A stretch of 64,000 nt of DNA, taken from an uncultured Spirochaetia bacterium (lineage in GTDB: Bacteria > Desulfobacterota_D > UBA1144 > Nemesobacterales > UBA2774). This document shows positions 54,718 through 64,000 of this stretch, piece after piece. Location: assembly GCA_964618635.1 (NCBI GenBank), contig CAZUDM010000012.1:2315-66314 (forward strand), given 5' to 3'. Each line of letters begins with the position of its first letter. Position 1 is the stretch's first letter. The translations under genes and the position numbers were made by a program. Under the pieces are notes generated by a model, which was not told the DNA's origin, did not search any database, and saw nothing but the letters and a program-made list of their open reading frames with translations.

Positions 54718-55302
54718 ATGTCACGCAAGTTAAACAGGTGTAAGAAGGATGAGAAAGGTTTCACGCTCATAGAGCTTCTGGTCGTTGCAGCTATTATCGG
54801 CATACTACTCGCGATTGCTATACCTAACCTTATGAAGGCCAGGATGTCGGCGAACGAGGCGAATGCGAGGAAGTCCATGCAGACCCTGAGAGACGCCGAA
54901 GGCGAGTACTTCGAGCAGGATCTCGATGATGCGGGCGGAAGGGATTTCACCGACGAGATCGGTGACTTAGACACACCGGGCACTCTTAGAAGTCCGGGCG
55001 ATACCGGCGAAGAGGAAGACGCCCTCATAGACAGCAGCTTCGAAGGGGCAGACATGGCAAATGACTGCTCGGACCCGAAGGCTGGATATTGTATACAGTG
55101 GGACGAAGAAGTAGTCGCTAACGAAACGACCGGTCTTTTCGACGACTTCGGCTGGCAGACGAGTATGACCAGCTTCAACAAAACCGGCAGAAGGGACTTC
55201 TCCGTATACGGCGACGGCGCGATAAGGTGTACCGTGAGCACGCAGGAGACGAGTGCGGTGGGCACCTTCGAGGCGAATCGTGAAAGTCCGGGATGCGACT
55301 GA
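54718..55302 (+). CDS. Type IV pilin / pseudopilin-like protein (prepilin with N-methylation motif)
   Basis: The leader MSRKLNRCKKDEKG precedes the class III signal FTLIELLVVAAIIGILLAIAIPN. It has an acidic central region and two C-terminal Cys pairs. The start chosen is the internal ATG at 54718, not the ORF-track start 54625. Confidence 0.8.
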   Translation: MSRKLNRCKKDEKGFTLIELLVVAAIIGILLAIAIPNLMKARMSANEANARKSMQTLRDAEGEYFEQDLDDAGGRDFTDEIGDLDTPGTLRSPGDTGEEEDALIDSSFEGADMANDCSDPKAGYCIQWDEEVVANETTGLFDDFGWQTSMTSFNKTGRRDFSVYGDGAIRCTVSTQETSAVGTFEANRESPGCD

Positions 55303-55340
55303 CGCAGCTTCGGCTTTAGCGTAATCAAGATAGAACTACT

Positions 55341-55377
55341 AGGGAGGGATTCCGAACGGAACCCTCCCTTTTTTTAT
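55341..55377 (+). terminator. Rho-independent terminator after pilin gene 1
   Basis: Stem agggagggatt / aaccctccct with loop ccgaacgg, followed by ttttttt. Confidence 0.75.
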
Positions 55378-55418
55378 ATCTGTCGTAGCCTATTGCTTAC
55401 AGAGAAGCAATCTTGGAA

Positions 55419-55444
55419 TTGCGCAGCTTTGACAAAATTTGTCA
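55419..55444 (+). promoter_or_regulatory. TTGCGCAGC plus a TGACAAAATTTGTCA palindrome. Putative enhancer-binding-protein site for pilin gene 2
   Basis: Same motif and spacing as upstream of pilin 1. It lies about 132 bp upstream of the sigma-54 element at 55562. Confidence 0.5.
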
Positions 55445-55561
55445 TATCATTTTAAGAAAACATTCCGAGAGTCCAGAACGGCTATTTGCAGATGTAATTT
55501 AAATTAATAATAACAAGACATTAGAAGATCTTTAGAATAAAATAAGCCCTAGCGACGTTTT

Positions 55562-55577
55562 TGGTATACAAATTGCA
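55562..55577 (+). promoter_or_regulatory. Sigma-54 promoter TGGTATA-N4-TTGCA for pilin gene 2
   Basis: tggtatacaaattgca has exact -24 GG / -12 GC spacing. The -24 element is the TGGTAT variant. Confidence 0.55.
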
Positions 55578-55618
55578 ACATTATTTTGCAGGAAGCTTCG
55601 CAGGAAATGCCAAGGGTC

Positions 55619-56215
55619 ATGAACAAGTTTCGTAAGGCGAGTCACAATAAGGGTTTTACGCTTATCGAGCTGCTCGTAGTGGCGGCGATTATAGGCATCC
55701 TGCTGGCGATAGCGATTCCTAATCTCCTGAAGGCACGCATATCCTCGAACGAGGTAAACGCGAGAAAAGCGCTCCAGACACTCAAGGACGCCGAGTACGA
55801 ATACTTCGAACAGGACCTCGACGACGACGGGACGAGAAACTTCACGAATCTTGTCGGCTCGATGGGAGCGGCGGGAAGTCTCAGGGACCCGGCGGGAACC
55901 GACGACGAGCAGGACGCCCTCATAGATATTACGTTCGAGTACGCAGTTGTGGAAGACGGCAGCGCAGCCGGAGAAGCGGACTGCACCGACCCCAAGGCCG
56001 GGTACTGTCTTTCCTGGAGCGACGATGCCGAAGTCGACGACGTCGCACTCCAGGGCGACTTCGGATGGGAGGCCTCGATGACGAGCGCCAAGGTTAATGG
56101 CAGGAAAGATTTTTCGGCTTTTGCCGACAAAGTCATAAAGTGTACGGTCACGACTCAGGACTCCGGCTCCGTCGGCACGTTCCAGTCGTCGAGAACCGAT
56201 TCGGACTGCGACTAA
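55619..56215 (+). CDS. Type IV pilin / pseudopilin-like protein, paralog of the 54718 gene
   Basis: MNKFRKASHNKG|FTLIELLVVAAIIGILLAIAIPN. It has the same architecture and Cys pattern as pilin 1. Start chosen at the ATG with an AAGGG Shine-Dalgarno. Confidence 0.8.
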   Translation: MNKFRKASHNKGFTLIELLVVAAIIGILLAIAIPNLLKARISSNEVNARKALQTLKDAEYEYFEQDLDDDGTRNFTNLVGSMGAAGSLRDPAGTDDEQDALIDITFEYAVVEDGSAAGEADCTDPKAGYCLSWSDDAEVDDVALQGDFGWEASMTSAKVNGRKDFSAFADKVIKCTVTTQDSGSVGTFQSSRTDSDCD

Positions 56216-56305
56216 ATCTTACAAAACCACTTACGGATTTACAGACGTCTTCTTACAAAGCTGTTGCTTCAAAAGACCTGAGGGCATATATTTAGATGTC
56301 TCGTT

Positions 56306-57256
56306 ATGTCTGATGCGCTTCGTATTACAAATCTCGTAAAGGATTACAAGACCGGCTTTTTCGGGAAGATGACCCGGGTGCTCAGGAACGTGACGTTCTC
56401 GGTGGAGCGGGGGGAGATCTTCGGATTCATAGGCCCGAACGGCGCGGGCAAGACCACCACCTTTAAATCTATACTCGGGTTCGCGAAACCCACGGAAGGA
56501 AGCATCGAGCTTTTAGGCAGGGATTCGGAAGATCCCGACGCCAAGCGCAAGATAGGCTACCTTCCCGAAAACCCTTACTTCTACGATTATCTCACAGGCG
56601 AGGAGCTGCTTATATACATGGGCGAGCTTCATGGGCTCGGGCGCAAATTCCTGGAAGTGAAGGCGGGCGAGCTTCTGGAGAAGGTGAGAATGTCCCACGC
56701 CAGAAAGGTGCAGATGAGAAAGTACTCGAAGGGCATGCTCCAGAGAATAGGGATCGCGCAGTCGCTCATAAACGACCCCGAGTTCATAATCCTCGACGAG
56801 CCGATGAGCGGGCTCGACCCGATAGGAAGGCGGGAGATAAAGGACCTGATACTGGAAGAGAAGAGAAAGGGTAAGACAATACTTTTAAGCTCGCACATGC
56901 TTTCCGACGTCGAGGCGCTATGCGACCGCGTCGGGATAATAATGGGCGGAACGCTCATAAAGACCGGAAGCCTCGGCGAGCTGCTCAAGGAAATCCACAC
57001 GGATTACGAGATGCACGTCGAGGGCTCTCCCGAGGAGGTGAAGGGCTCCGTCAGGGGGATGCCCGTCGAGATGGAGCACAGGGCCGGATACATCGTGCTC
57101 AAATTCGACGAGGACATAAGGCGCCAGGTGATCGAAGCCGTCGCGAAAACGCCGGCCGGAATCATATCGCTTCATCCGGTGAGAAGGTCGCTCGAAGGAC
57201 TCTTCGTCGAGGAGGCGAAGAAAGAGAGCCCCGTGCGTGAAGGTGCGGGAGGATGA
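56306..57256 (+). CDS. ABC transporter ATP-binding protein (ABC-2 type)
   Basis: 316 aa. Walker A GPNGAGKTT, signature MLQRIGIAQSL, Walker B IILDEP. Confidence 0.85.
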   Translation: MSDALRITNLVKDYKTGFFGKMTRVLRNVTFSVERGEIFGFIGPNGAGKTTTFKSILGFAKPTEGSIELLGRDSEDPDAKRKIGYLPENPYFYDYLTGEELLIYMGELHGLGRKFLEVKAGELLEKVRMSHARKVQMRKYSKGMLQRIGIAQSLINDPEFIILDEPMSGLDPIGRREIKDLILEEKRKGKTILLSSHMLSDVEALCDRVGIIMGGTLIKTGSLGELLKEIHTDYEMHVEGSPEEVKGSVRGMPVEMEHRAGYIVLKFDEDIRRQVIEAVAKTPAGIISLHPVRRSLEGLFVEEAKKESPVREGAGG

Positions 57257-57303
57257 CCACCTTCAGCTATAACGAGAGCGGAATACAATTGGTATAAGGC
57301 GAG

Positions 57304-58107
57304 ATGAGAAGGATTCTAAGCGTTGCGCACAATACGTTCATCGAAGCGATAAGGGACAGGGTACTCTACAGCCTGGTCCTCTTCGCTCTCCTTATGATAG
57401 TGAGCTCTCTCGTGTTCGCCAGCATATCGGCAGAGCAGTACAACAAGATCGTAAAGGACCTCGGGCTCACCGCCATTTCGATAATCGGAATACTGCTTTC
57501 CGTCTTTCTAGGCATAGGACTCGTCTACAAGGAGGTCGAGAAGAAAACCGTTTACAACATATTCTCGAAGCCGGTAAGAAGATACGAGTTTATACTCGGG
57601 AAGTATCTCGGGCTTGGCCTCACGCTTTTCGTCATCACGCTCGGAATGGCGCTCATACTTTTCCTTATAGTCCTTTACATAGAGATAAAATACGCGGGGC
57701 TGATAAAGTTTTACTACGGCGGGCATTTCTACGCGGAATTTTTTAACGCCATATATTTCGAATACCTGGAATTCCTGATTATAATCGGGATCGCGCTCGT
57801 TTTTTCCAGCTTCACGACTCCTGTCATGAGCGCGCTCTTCACCTTTTTCGTTTTCGCCATAGGGAGATTTTCAAGCGACATAAGGCTCTTCGCGGAAGAG
57901 GTCAAGAATCCCGTCACGGCTGTTTTCTCAGAGGTGATTTACAGGGTGATCCCGAACCTCGAGAAATTCGACGTCAGGAACGAAGCCGTCTACGGGGGCG
58001 TCGTAAACCCTGACCTCATACTCTATACGACCGTCTACGCCATCATATACAGCGCCGCGCTCCTGATACTCGCGATAATCATATTCGAGAAAAAAGAATT
58101 CAAGTAA
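57304..58107 (+). CDS. ABC-2 family transporter permease
   Basis: 267 aa. Six predicted TM helices. Sits directly downstream of the ABC ATPase. Confidence 0.7.
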   Translation: MRRILSVAHNTFIEAIRDRVLYSLVLFALLMIVSSLVFASISAEQYNKIVKDLGLTAISIIGILLSVFLGIGLVYKEVEKKTVYNIFSKPVRRYEFILGKYLGLGLTLFVITLGMALILFLIVLYIEIKYAGLIKFYYGGHFYAEFFNAIYFEYLEFLIIIGIALVFSSFTTPVMSALFTFFVFAIGRFSSDIRLFAEEVKNPVTAVFSEVIYRVIPNLEKFDVRNEAVYGGVVNPDLILYTTVYAIIYSAALLILAIIIFEKKEFK

Positions 58108-58115
58108 GTGACGCC

Positions 58116-59207
58116 GTGAAACAAGGTAGAACGACGACCATACTGGGCCTTCTCGCCATCGCCGCGCTCATTGCGGTCTCTATACCGTTTCAGGTGAGGA
58201 TAGACGACATAAGGGGGAAGTTCCGCTCGGTCGAGGAGAGCCTTTATCTAACCTCTTCGTCCCTCAAAAAAATCTCACTCGGATATACGGAGCTGCTCTC
58301 GGACATATACTGGATGAGGGCGATCCAGTATTTCGGGAGTAGAAAAACCGGGGAGCAGAACCCGGAGCTCCTCTACCATTACTTCGACATAATAACCGAC
58401 CTCGATCCGCGGTTCGTTAATGCCTACAGGTACGGCGGCACGTTCCTCGCCGAGCCCGAGCCGTTCGGGCTCGGGAAGTTCGACATGGGCGTCTCGCTTC
58501 TGGAGAAAGGGAGGAAGAACAACCCCGAAAATTTCAGGCTGCCACTCGAAGAGGCGTTTCTCTACTACTTTTACCCGAAGGACTACGGGAAGGCGGCCGA
58601 GCTTTTCAGAGAGGCCGCCGAAACCCCCGGGCTCTCCAGGTCGAGGCAGGCGTCCGTCAAGGGAATGGCGGCCGCGGCGCTGGCAAAGGGCGGGAACAGG
58701 GATCTCTCGAAGGAGATCTGGCAGATAATCTACGAGACGAGCCCGAGCGAGGGGAGACGTAACTTCGCGTTCCGGAACCTCCAGGAGATCGAGACCATGG
58801 AAATGGAGGACGAGCTCACGGCAGCGCTTCTCGAATACCGAAAGAGATATGGAAAGCTGCCGGGCTCGGTCAAAGAGCTTGCGGCCGCCGGGTACGTCAA
58901 AGGCGGTATTCCCGAAGCTCCTATAGGCGGGGAGTTCGTAGTCGCGCCCGACATCGATGCGGTGCGCAATACCGAGCTGGCATCGAGAAAGTTAAAGGAA
59001 GCGCTTGCATTTCTCAACGGCAAGTCCAACAGGTTCAGGAAAATATACGGCGAGTACCCGAGGGATTTAAAAGAGCTCGAGGTGTTCGTGAAAACCGAGA
59101 CGACGGGAGAGTACCCCGTACATCCCATGGGAGAAGAATACCTTTACAACCCCGAGTCCGGAATAATCGAGTCGAAATGGAAGTACGAGAAAGAAGGGGA
59201 GCAGTAA
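58116..59207 (+). CDS. Hypothetical N-terminally membrane-anchored protein (helical/TPR-like), last gene of the pilin-ABC string
   Basis: 363 aa. The N-terminal TM helix is TILGLLAIAALIAVSI. No recognised domain. Confidence 0.4.
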   Translation: MKQGRTTTILGLLAIAALIAVSIPFQVRIDDIRGKFRSVEESLYLTSSSLKKISLGYTELLSDIYWMRAIQYFGSRKTGEQNPELLYHYFDIITDLDPRFVNAYRYGGTFLAEPEPFGLGKFDMGVSLLEKGRKNNPENFRLPLEEAFLYYFYPKDYGKAAELFREAAETPGLSRSRQASVKGMAAAALAKGGNRDLSKEIWQIIYETSPSEGRRNFAFRNLQEIETMEMEDELTAALLEYRKRYGKLPGSVKELAAAGYVKGGIPEAPIGGEFVVAPDIDAVRNTELASRKLKEALAFLNGKSNRFRKIYGEYPRDLKELEVFVKTETTGEYPVHPMGEEYLYNPESGIIESKWKYEKEGEQ

Positions 59208-59211
59208 GCGC

Positions 59212-59688
59212 TCAGGAGATTTCGAGGATAATGAATTCCCTTATTCCCCCGGGGGCGTGAACCGTTACTTCTTCTTCAACGCTCTTTCCGATGAGCGCCC
59301 TGCCTATGGGAGAGGTAATGGAGATGAACCCGTTTTCCGGCTCGGACTCGTCCGGACCGACGAGATGGTAGGTGACAGTCTCACCCGTATCGAGGTTTTC
59401 GAGCCTGACCCATACGCCGAAAGTTACTCTGTCTTTATTCCTGAGCTCCGCCGGGTCTATCACCTCCGCCCTGCTGAGCTTGCTTTCGAGCTCCTGTATC
59501 CTGCCCTCGACGAATGACTGCCTCTGCTTCGCGGTTTCGTACTCGGCGTTCTCCGAAAGGTCTCCGAGTGACCTCGCATACTCGATAAGCTTGATGACCT
59601 CCTGCCTTTCGACGGTTTTAAGCCTCTTCAGCTCATCCTGGAGCTTTTTATAGCCGTTCGGTGTCATCGGTACTCTTTCAATCGACAT
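59212..59688 (-). CDS. greA: Transcription elongation factor GreA
   Basis: The start is MSIERVPMTPNGYKKLQDELKRLK. The motif GDLSENAEYETAKQRQSFVEGRIQELE is present. 158 aa from the internal start. The ORF-track start at 59784 is an unsupported extension. Confidence 0.9.
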   Translation of the reverse strand: MSIERVPMTPNGYKKLQDELKRLKTVERQEVIKLIEYARSLGDLSENAEYETAKQRQSFVEGRIQELESKLSRAEVIDPAELRNKDRVTFGVWVRLENLDTGETVTYHLVGPDESEPENGFISITSPIGRALIGKSVEEEVTVHAPGGIREFIILEIS

Positions 59689-59794
59689 AATGCCATCTCC
59701 CTTGGCCGGCGTCTCGGGCGGCCTGACTGATACTCCGGATAAACCGCAAACTCGTGTAAACGGATTAAGTAAATTATACAACAATCGGAGGTAA

Positions 59795-62700
59795 TCAGTA
59801 ATAGTCCTGAAGGGCCTTGACCCTGAGCCCCTCCTTAATGAGGGCCTCTATCGCCCCGACTGCCGCTATAGCCGCCGAGACAGTCGTGAAGTAGGGAACC
59901 CTCTGTGTCAGCGCCGTTCTTCTTATAGTGTAAGACTGCTCGATCTCCCTCTCGCCAAATGTCGTGTTTACGACGAGCTGCACCTCCCCGTTCTTCATGT
60001 GGTCGACGACGTTGGGCCTTCCCTCGACGACCTTCTTCACGACCGTGCATTCTACGCCTATATTTTTGAGCCAGGCCGCCGTACCCGTAGTCGCCAGTAT
60101 CCCGAAGCCGAGGTCCGAGAGCTTTTTCGCGAATTCTGAAAGCCTGGGTTTATCGTCGTCCTTGACGCTCACGAAAGCAGTGCCCGAGAGAGGGAGCTTC
60201 CCGCCCGCCGCCATCTGCGCCTTGGCGAACGCCATCCACTTCTCGCTGTCTATGCCCATGACCTCGCCCGTGGATTTCATCTCGGGGCCGAGTATCGTGT
60301 CGACGCCCGGAAACTTGATGAACGGGAACACGGATTCCTTGACGCACACGTGCTTCGGAATTATCTCGTCCGTAAAGCCGAGCTCTTCCAGAGTCTTTCC
60401 GGCCATGACCTTCGTGCCCAGCATCGCCAGCGGGACACCTATCGCCTTACTGACGAATGGGACCGTCCTGCTCGCGCGGGGATTGACCTCTAGTATGTAG
60501 ACCTTGTCGTTCTTTATTGCGAACTGTATGTTGACGAGCCCTACGACGTTAAGCGCGAGCGCGAGCTCCTTCGTCTGACGTTTTATTTCGTTCACGACCC
60601 CGGGCTTTATCGAGAACGGAGGCAGAACCATTGCGCTGTCGCCGGAGTGGACGCCCGCTTCTTCTATGTGCTCCAGGACACCGCCTATGACGACCGTTTT
60701 GCCGTCGGATATGGCATCGACGTCCACTTCCTTGGCGTCGTTAAGGAACCTGTCGATGAGGACGGGATGGTTGGGCGCGACCTTCACGGCTTCCGTGATA
60801 TATCGCTTTAACGATTCCTCTGTGTAGACGATCTCCATCGCCCGGCCTCCGAGAACGTAGGACGGCCTTACGACTATAGGGTACGTTACTTCGCCGGCTA
60901 TGCGTAGGGCCTCCTCCTGGCTCCGGGCGATGCCGCTTTCCGGCTGCCTGAATCCGAGGCGCTCGATGAGGCCCCGGAACCTTTCTCTATCTTCGGCGAG
61001 GTCTATGCTGTCGGGGGAGGTGCCGATGATTTTGACGCCCCTCTCTTCGAGCGGAATCGCGAGCTTGAGCGGTGTCTGCCCGCCGAGGTGAACTATAACC
61101 CCTTCGGGCTTTTCCCTCTCGATTATGGCGAGCGTGTCTTCGAGCGTGAGCGGCTCGAAGTAGAGCCTGTCGGAGGTGTCGTAGTCGGTGCTGACGGTCT
61201 CCGGGTTGCAGTTGACCATTATCGCCTCGAACCCTTCTTCCCTAAGTGAAAAGGAGGCGTGAACGCAGCAGTAGTCGAACTCGATGCCCTGCCCTATCCT
61301 GTTCGGGCCGCCGCCGAGAATGACGACCTTGCGTTTGTCGGACGGCGGGGCCTCGTCTTCCGTTTCGTATGTCGAATATAAATAGGGCGTATACGCCTCG
61401 AACTCCGCCGCGCACGTATCGACCATCTTGTAGACGGGAATTATGCCAAAGCCGCGTCTCATCTCCCTCACGTCGTTTTCGGATTTTCCGAGAAGAGCCG
61501 CGATTCGGATATCCGAAAAGCCGTACTCCTTTGCCCTCCTGAGGAGCGGGGCATCGGGGCTGCCGGAAGAGGCCTTGAGGCTCTCTTCCATGTCGATTAT
61601 CTGGCGGAGGTTCCTGAGAAACCACCTGTCTATGCGCGTGAGTGAATATATCTCCTCGATGTCGAGGCCCGAGCGGAAGGCGTCCGCGAGGTACCAGAGC
61701 CTGTCGGAGTTGGGTGTCCTGATCTTGTCCTTTATAAGCTCGACGTCCGTCGTCCTGGGCTCGAAGCCGTAGGAATCTATTTCGAGCGACCTTATCGCTT
61801 TTTGAAGGGATTCCTTGAACGTCCTTCCAATTGCCATGACCTCGCCCACGGATTTCATCTGCGTCGTGAGCGTTTTATCTGTCTGCGGGAATTTTTCGAA
61901 CGTGAACCTCGGAATTTTCACGACGACATAATCTATAGTCGGCTCGAACGAGGCCGGCGTGTAGCGTGTGATGTCGTTCGATATCTCGTCGAGGGTGTAG
62001 CCGACTGCGAGCTTGGCCGCTATCTTGGCTATCGGAAATCCCGTGGCCTTCGACGCGAGCGCCGAGCTTCGCGACACGCGCGGGTTCATCTCTATGACGA
62101 CTACGCGCCCGTCCTCGGGGTTGACGCCGAATTGAATGTTGGAGCCCCCGGTGTCGACGCCTATCTCCCTTATTATCGCTACCGACGCGTCCCGGAGGCG
62201 CTGGTATTCCTTGTCGCTCAAGGTCTGCGCGGGGGCGACGGTTATGCTGTCTCCCGTGTGGACGCCCATGGGATCGAAGTTTTCTATGGAGCAGATTATG
62301 ACGACATTGTCCATGCTGTCGCGCATCACTTCGAGCTCGTATTCCTTCCAGCCGAGGACGGATTCCTCGATGAGGACTTCGCTCACGGGGCTGAGATCGA
62401 GGCCCGATTTCGCGAACTCCTCGAACTCCTCCCTGTTATACGCGACGCTCCCGCCTGAGCCGCCGAGGGTGAACGACGGGCGGATGATTACGGGGAAGCC
62501 GACCTCTTCCATCACTGCCCACGCCTCTTCCATTGTGTGCGCGACCCCGCTCTTCGGGACGTCGAGGCCTATCTTGAGCATAGCGTCTTTGAAGAGCTCC
62601 CTGTTCTCCGCCTTCTTTATCGCGGGGAGCTTCGCCCCTATGAGCTCGACGCCGTATTTGTCGAGCACTCCCGATTCCGCGAGATCGACCGCGAGGTTAA

Positions 62701-62986
62701 GCGCCGTCTGGCCGCCGAGCGTCGGCAGGAGCGCGTCGGGCCTTTCCTTCTCGATTATCTTTTCCACGATTTCCGGAACCAGGGGCTCGATGTACGTGCG
62801 GTCGGCGAACGTCGGGTCGGTCATGATCGTCGCGGGATTGCTGTTGACGAGGACGATCCTGTATCCCTCTTCCTTGAGGGCCTTACACGCCTGCGTGCCC
62901 GAGTAGTCGAATTCGCACGCCTGGCCTATGACGATAGGTCCCGAGCCTATGAGGAGTATGGTCTTTATATCTTCCCTTCTGGGCAT
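59795..62986 (-). CDS. carB: Carbamoyl-phosphate synthase large subunit
   Basis: 1063 aa. Duplicated ATP-grasp halves and an MGS-like C-terminus are present. The N-terminus is [26 protein letters not shown]. Confidence 0.95.
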   Translation of the reverse strand: MPRREDIKTILLIGSGPIVIGQACEFDYSGTQACKALKEEGYRIVLVNSNPATIMTDPTFADRTYIEPLVPEIVEKIIEKERPDALLPTLGGQTALNLAVDLAESGVLDKYGVELIGAKLPAIKKAENRELFKDAMLKIGLDVPKSGVAHTMEEAWAVMEEVGFPVIIRPSFTLGGSGGSVAYNREEFEEFAKSGLDLSPVSEVLIEESVLGWKEYELEVMRDSMDNVVIICSIENFDPMGVHTGDSITVAPAQTLSDKEYQRLRDASVAIIREIGVDTGGSNIQFGVNPEDGRVVVIEMNPRVSRSSALASKATGFPIAKIAAKLAVGYTLDEISNDITRYTPASFEPTIDYVVVKIPRFTFEKFPQTDKTLTTQMKSVGEVMAIGRTFKESLQKAIRSLEIDSYGFEPRTTDVELIKDKIRTPNSDRLWYLADAFRSGLDIEEIYSLTRIDRWFLRNLRQIIDMEESLKASSGSPDAPLLRRAKEYGFSDIRIAALLGKSENDVREMRRGFGIIPVYKMVDTCAAEFEAYTPYLYSTYETEDEAPPSDKRKVVILGGGPNRIGQGIEFDYCCVHASFSLREEGFEAIMVNCNPETVSTDYDTSDRLYFEPLTLEDTLAIIEREKPEGVIVHLGGQTPLKLAIPLEERGVKIIGTSPDSIDLAEDRERFRGLIERLGFRQPESGIARSQEEALRIAGEVTYPIVVRPSYVLGGRAMEIVYTEESLKRYITEAVKVAPNHPVLIDRFLNDAKEVDVDAISDGKTVVIGGVLEHIEEAGVHSGDSAMVLPPFSIKPGVVNEIKRQTKELALALNVVGLVNIQFAIKNDKVYILEVNPRASRTVPFVSKAIGVPLAMLGTKVMAGKTLEELGFTDEIIPKHVCVKESVFPFIKFPGVDTILGPEMKSTGEVMGIDSEKWMAFAKAQMAAGGKLPLSGTAFVSVKDDDKPRLSEFAKKLSDLGFGILATTGTAAWLKNIGVECTVVKKVVEGRPNVVDHMKNGEVQLVVNTTFGEREIEQSYTIRRTALTQRVPYFTTVSAAIAAVGAIEALIKEGLRVKALQDYY

Positions 62987-63200
62987 ATGGTTCCTGCCTG
63001 TGGAAACGAGAGTTTTTGCGGGTTCGAAATGACAGGGCTCGCCGGGCGGGCGCGCCCTCTATTTGAAGCCTATCATTTATACCTGTGAATTCACCTTCTA
63101 GCAAATGATAGGGAGGGCGAATCGAATCGAAAAAGGTAATGATGAAGGCATGTAGACGACGCCGTGACAACAGGATGCAAAGTGGGTGTGTTAGGCCGCG

Positions 63201-63923
63201 TCATGCCCCGGTCTGTGGCCCGATGCTCTTCTGAACGTCCCTCTTTCTGAGCTCAGACATAACGTGGAACATCCTCTGTATCGCCGTGTAAGACGAGAAG
63301 ATAAGCATTAAAATCAGGGACAGCTTAAGGAGATAATCGGCCGGCGGGAATCCCATCCAGCCTGCGACAATATTGCCGAGGAAGTTGAATACGGATAAGA
63401 CGCCCAGGTAGACGACCCTTTCAGTCCTCTGCATGATGCCGAGCTCGCACTTTACGCCGAGCCCTTCGGCGCGGGCCCTCGTGTAGCTCACCATCGTCGT
63501 CGAGACGAGTATCAGAAACACCACGTAGGCGAATATGGAGTCACGGTAGAAGCTGAGAAGGCCGAGATATATGAAGGCTTCGGAGAACCTGTCGAGGCAG
63601 GAATCGAAGAACGCCCCGCTCTCGCTGCTGAGGCCCTGCGCCCTTGCGACGCGTCCGTCGAATATGTCGAACGTCGAGCCGGCGAGCACCAGCACGCCGC
63701 CGGCGAATATCCATCCGTAGTGATAGGCGAGGCCGGTTATGGCCGCTACGAGCAGGGTAGAGACGGTGAGGACGTTCGGGTGGACCTTTATCTTCAGGAG
63801 ATAGTCCTCTATGGGCAGCATCAGGAGGAGCCACCAGGTCTTAATACCGCTCCCGAGGAGCTTCGTCGACTCCGGGCCCTTCTTGTTTTTAGACCTTTCT
63901 CTAATCTCTTCGGGATTAGTCAT
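63201..63923 (-). CDS. CDP-alcohol phosphatidyltransferase family protein
   Basis: 240 aa. The motif D(x)2DGx2AR (FDIFDGRVAR) is present, plus multiple TM helices. Confidence 0.75.
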   Translation of the reverse strand: MTNPEEIRERSKNKKGPESTKLLGSGIKTWWLLLMLPIEDYLLKIKVHPNVLTVSTLLVAAITGLAYHYGWIFAGGVLVLAGSTFDIFDGRVARAQGLSSESGAFFDSCLDRFSEAFIYLGLLSFYRDSIFAYVVFLILVSTTMVSYTRARAEGLGVKCELGIMQRTERVVYLGVLSVFNFLGNIVAGWMGFPPADYLLKLSLILMLIFSSYTAIQRMFHVMSELRKRDVQKSIGPQTGA

Positions 63924-64000
63924 ATAAGCAGTTGTTCCTGTTACAAAACCTGATTTAAAGAATGAATAACAATATCCGTTTTAGCTCCCGCAGGCAAGGA

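Overview
This is a 64-kb, roughly 60% GC bacterial chromosomal segment from an unidentified lineage. Codon usage is unusual for that GC content, with frequent AGG/AGA Arg and ATA Ile. The window is densely coding: about 55 genes, mostly housekeeping. I found no rRNA genes, no convincing tRNA genes, no CRISPR array and no transposase or integrase. Operon structure is fragmented: nuoG-nuoH, pheS, sucD and hyuB all lack their usual partner genes.

Recognisable housekeeping genes include:
- MqnD-like (futalosine route)
- aldehyde dehydrogenase
- F420 enzyme CofC
- GlcD/GlcF-type FAD/Fe-S oxidoreductase
- dapF, dapB
- two tandem RlpA paralogs
- two AsmA-like giants (TamB-like and YdbH-like)
- gyrB-cupin, dcd
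- H+-pyrophosphatase, APC permease, cstA
- tgt-yajC-secD-secF
- yicC
- NAD epimerase
- isocitrate/isopropylmalate-dehydrogenase-family enzyme
- birA
- ABC-2 transporter
- greA, carB
- CDP-alcohol phosphatidyltransferase

The most interesting features that annotation transfer would miss are:
1. An operon hyuB (no hyuA) → a novel fusion of a PqqD-like RiPP-recognition element (RRE) with a Memo1-like domain (ATGA-coupled to hyuB) → M19 dipeptidase. It is preceded by a leaderless, secreted 8-Cys protein.
2. Two tandem type-IV-pilin paralogs. Each is driven by a near-consensus sigma-54 promoter with a conserved TTGCGCAGC-nn-TGACA-N5-TGTCA palindrome about 125-130 bp upstream, a likely enhancer-binding-protein site.
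3. A 143-bp tandem repeat (2.5 copies) in the divergent tamB/nuoG intergenic region. Each unit carries an extended -10 (TGTTATAAT) oriented toward tamB.
4. cofC flanked by an aldehyde dehydrogenase (CofA-like lactaldehyde dehydrogenase?) and a lactate-dehydrogenase-like FAD/Fe-S fusion. This suggests a lactate-route F420 side chain.
5. cstA translationally coupled to an ArsD-like thioredoxin-fold CxCC protein instead of the usual DUF466 (YbdD/YjiX) partner.
6. A YnbE-YdbL fusion lipoprotein placed directly after a YdbH-like AsmA-family gene.
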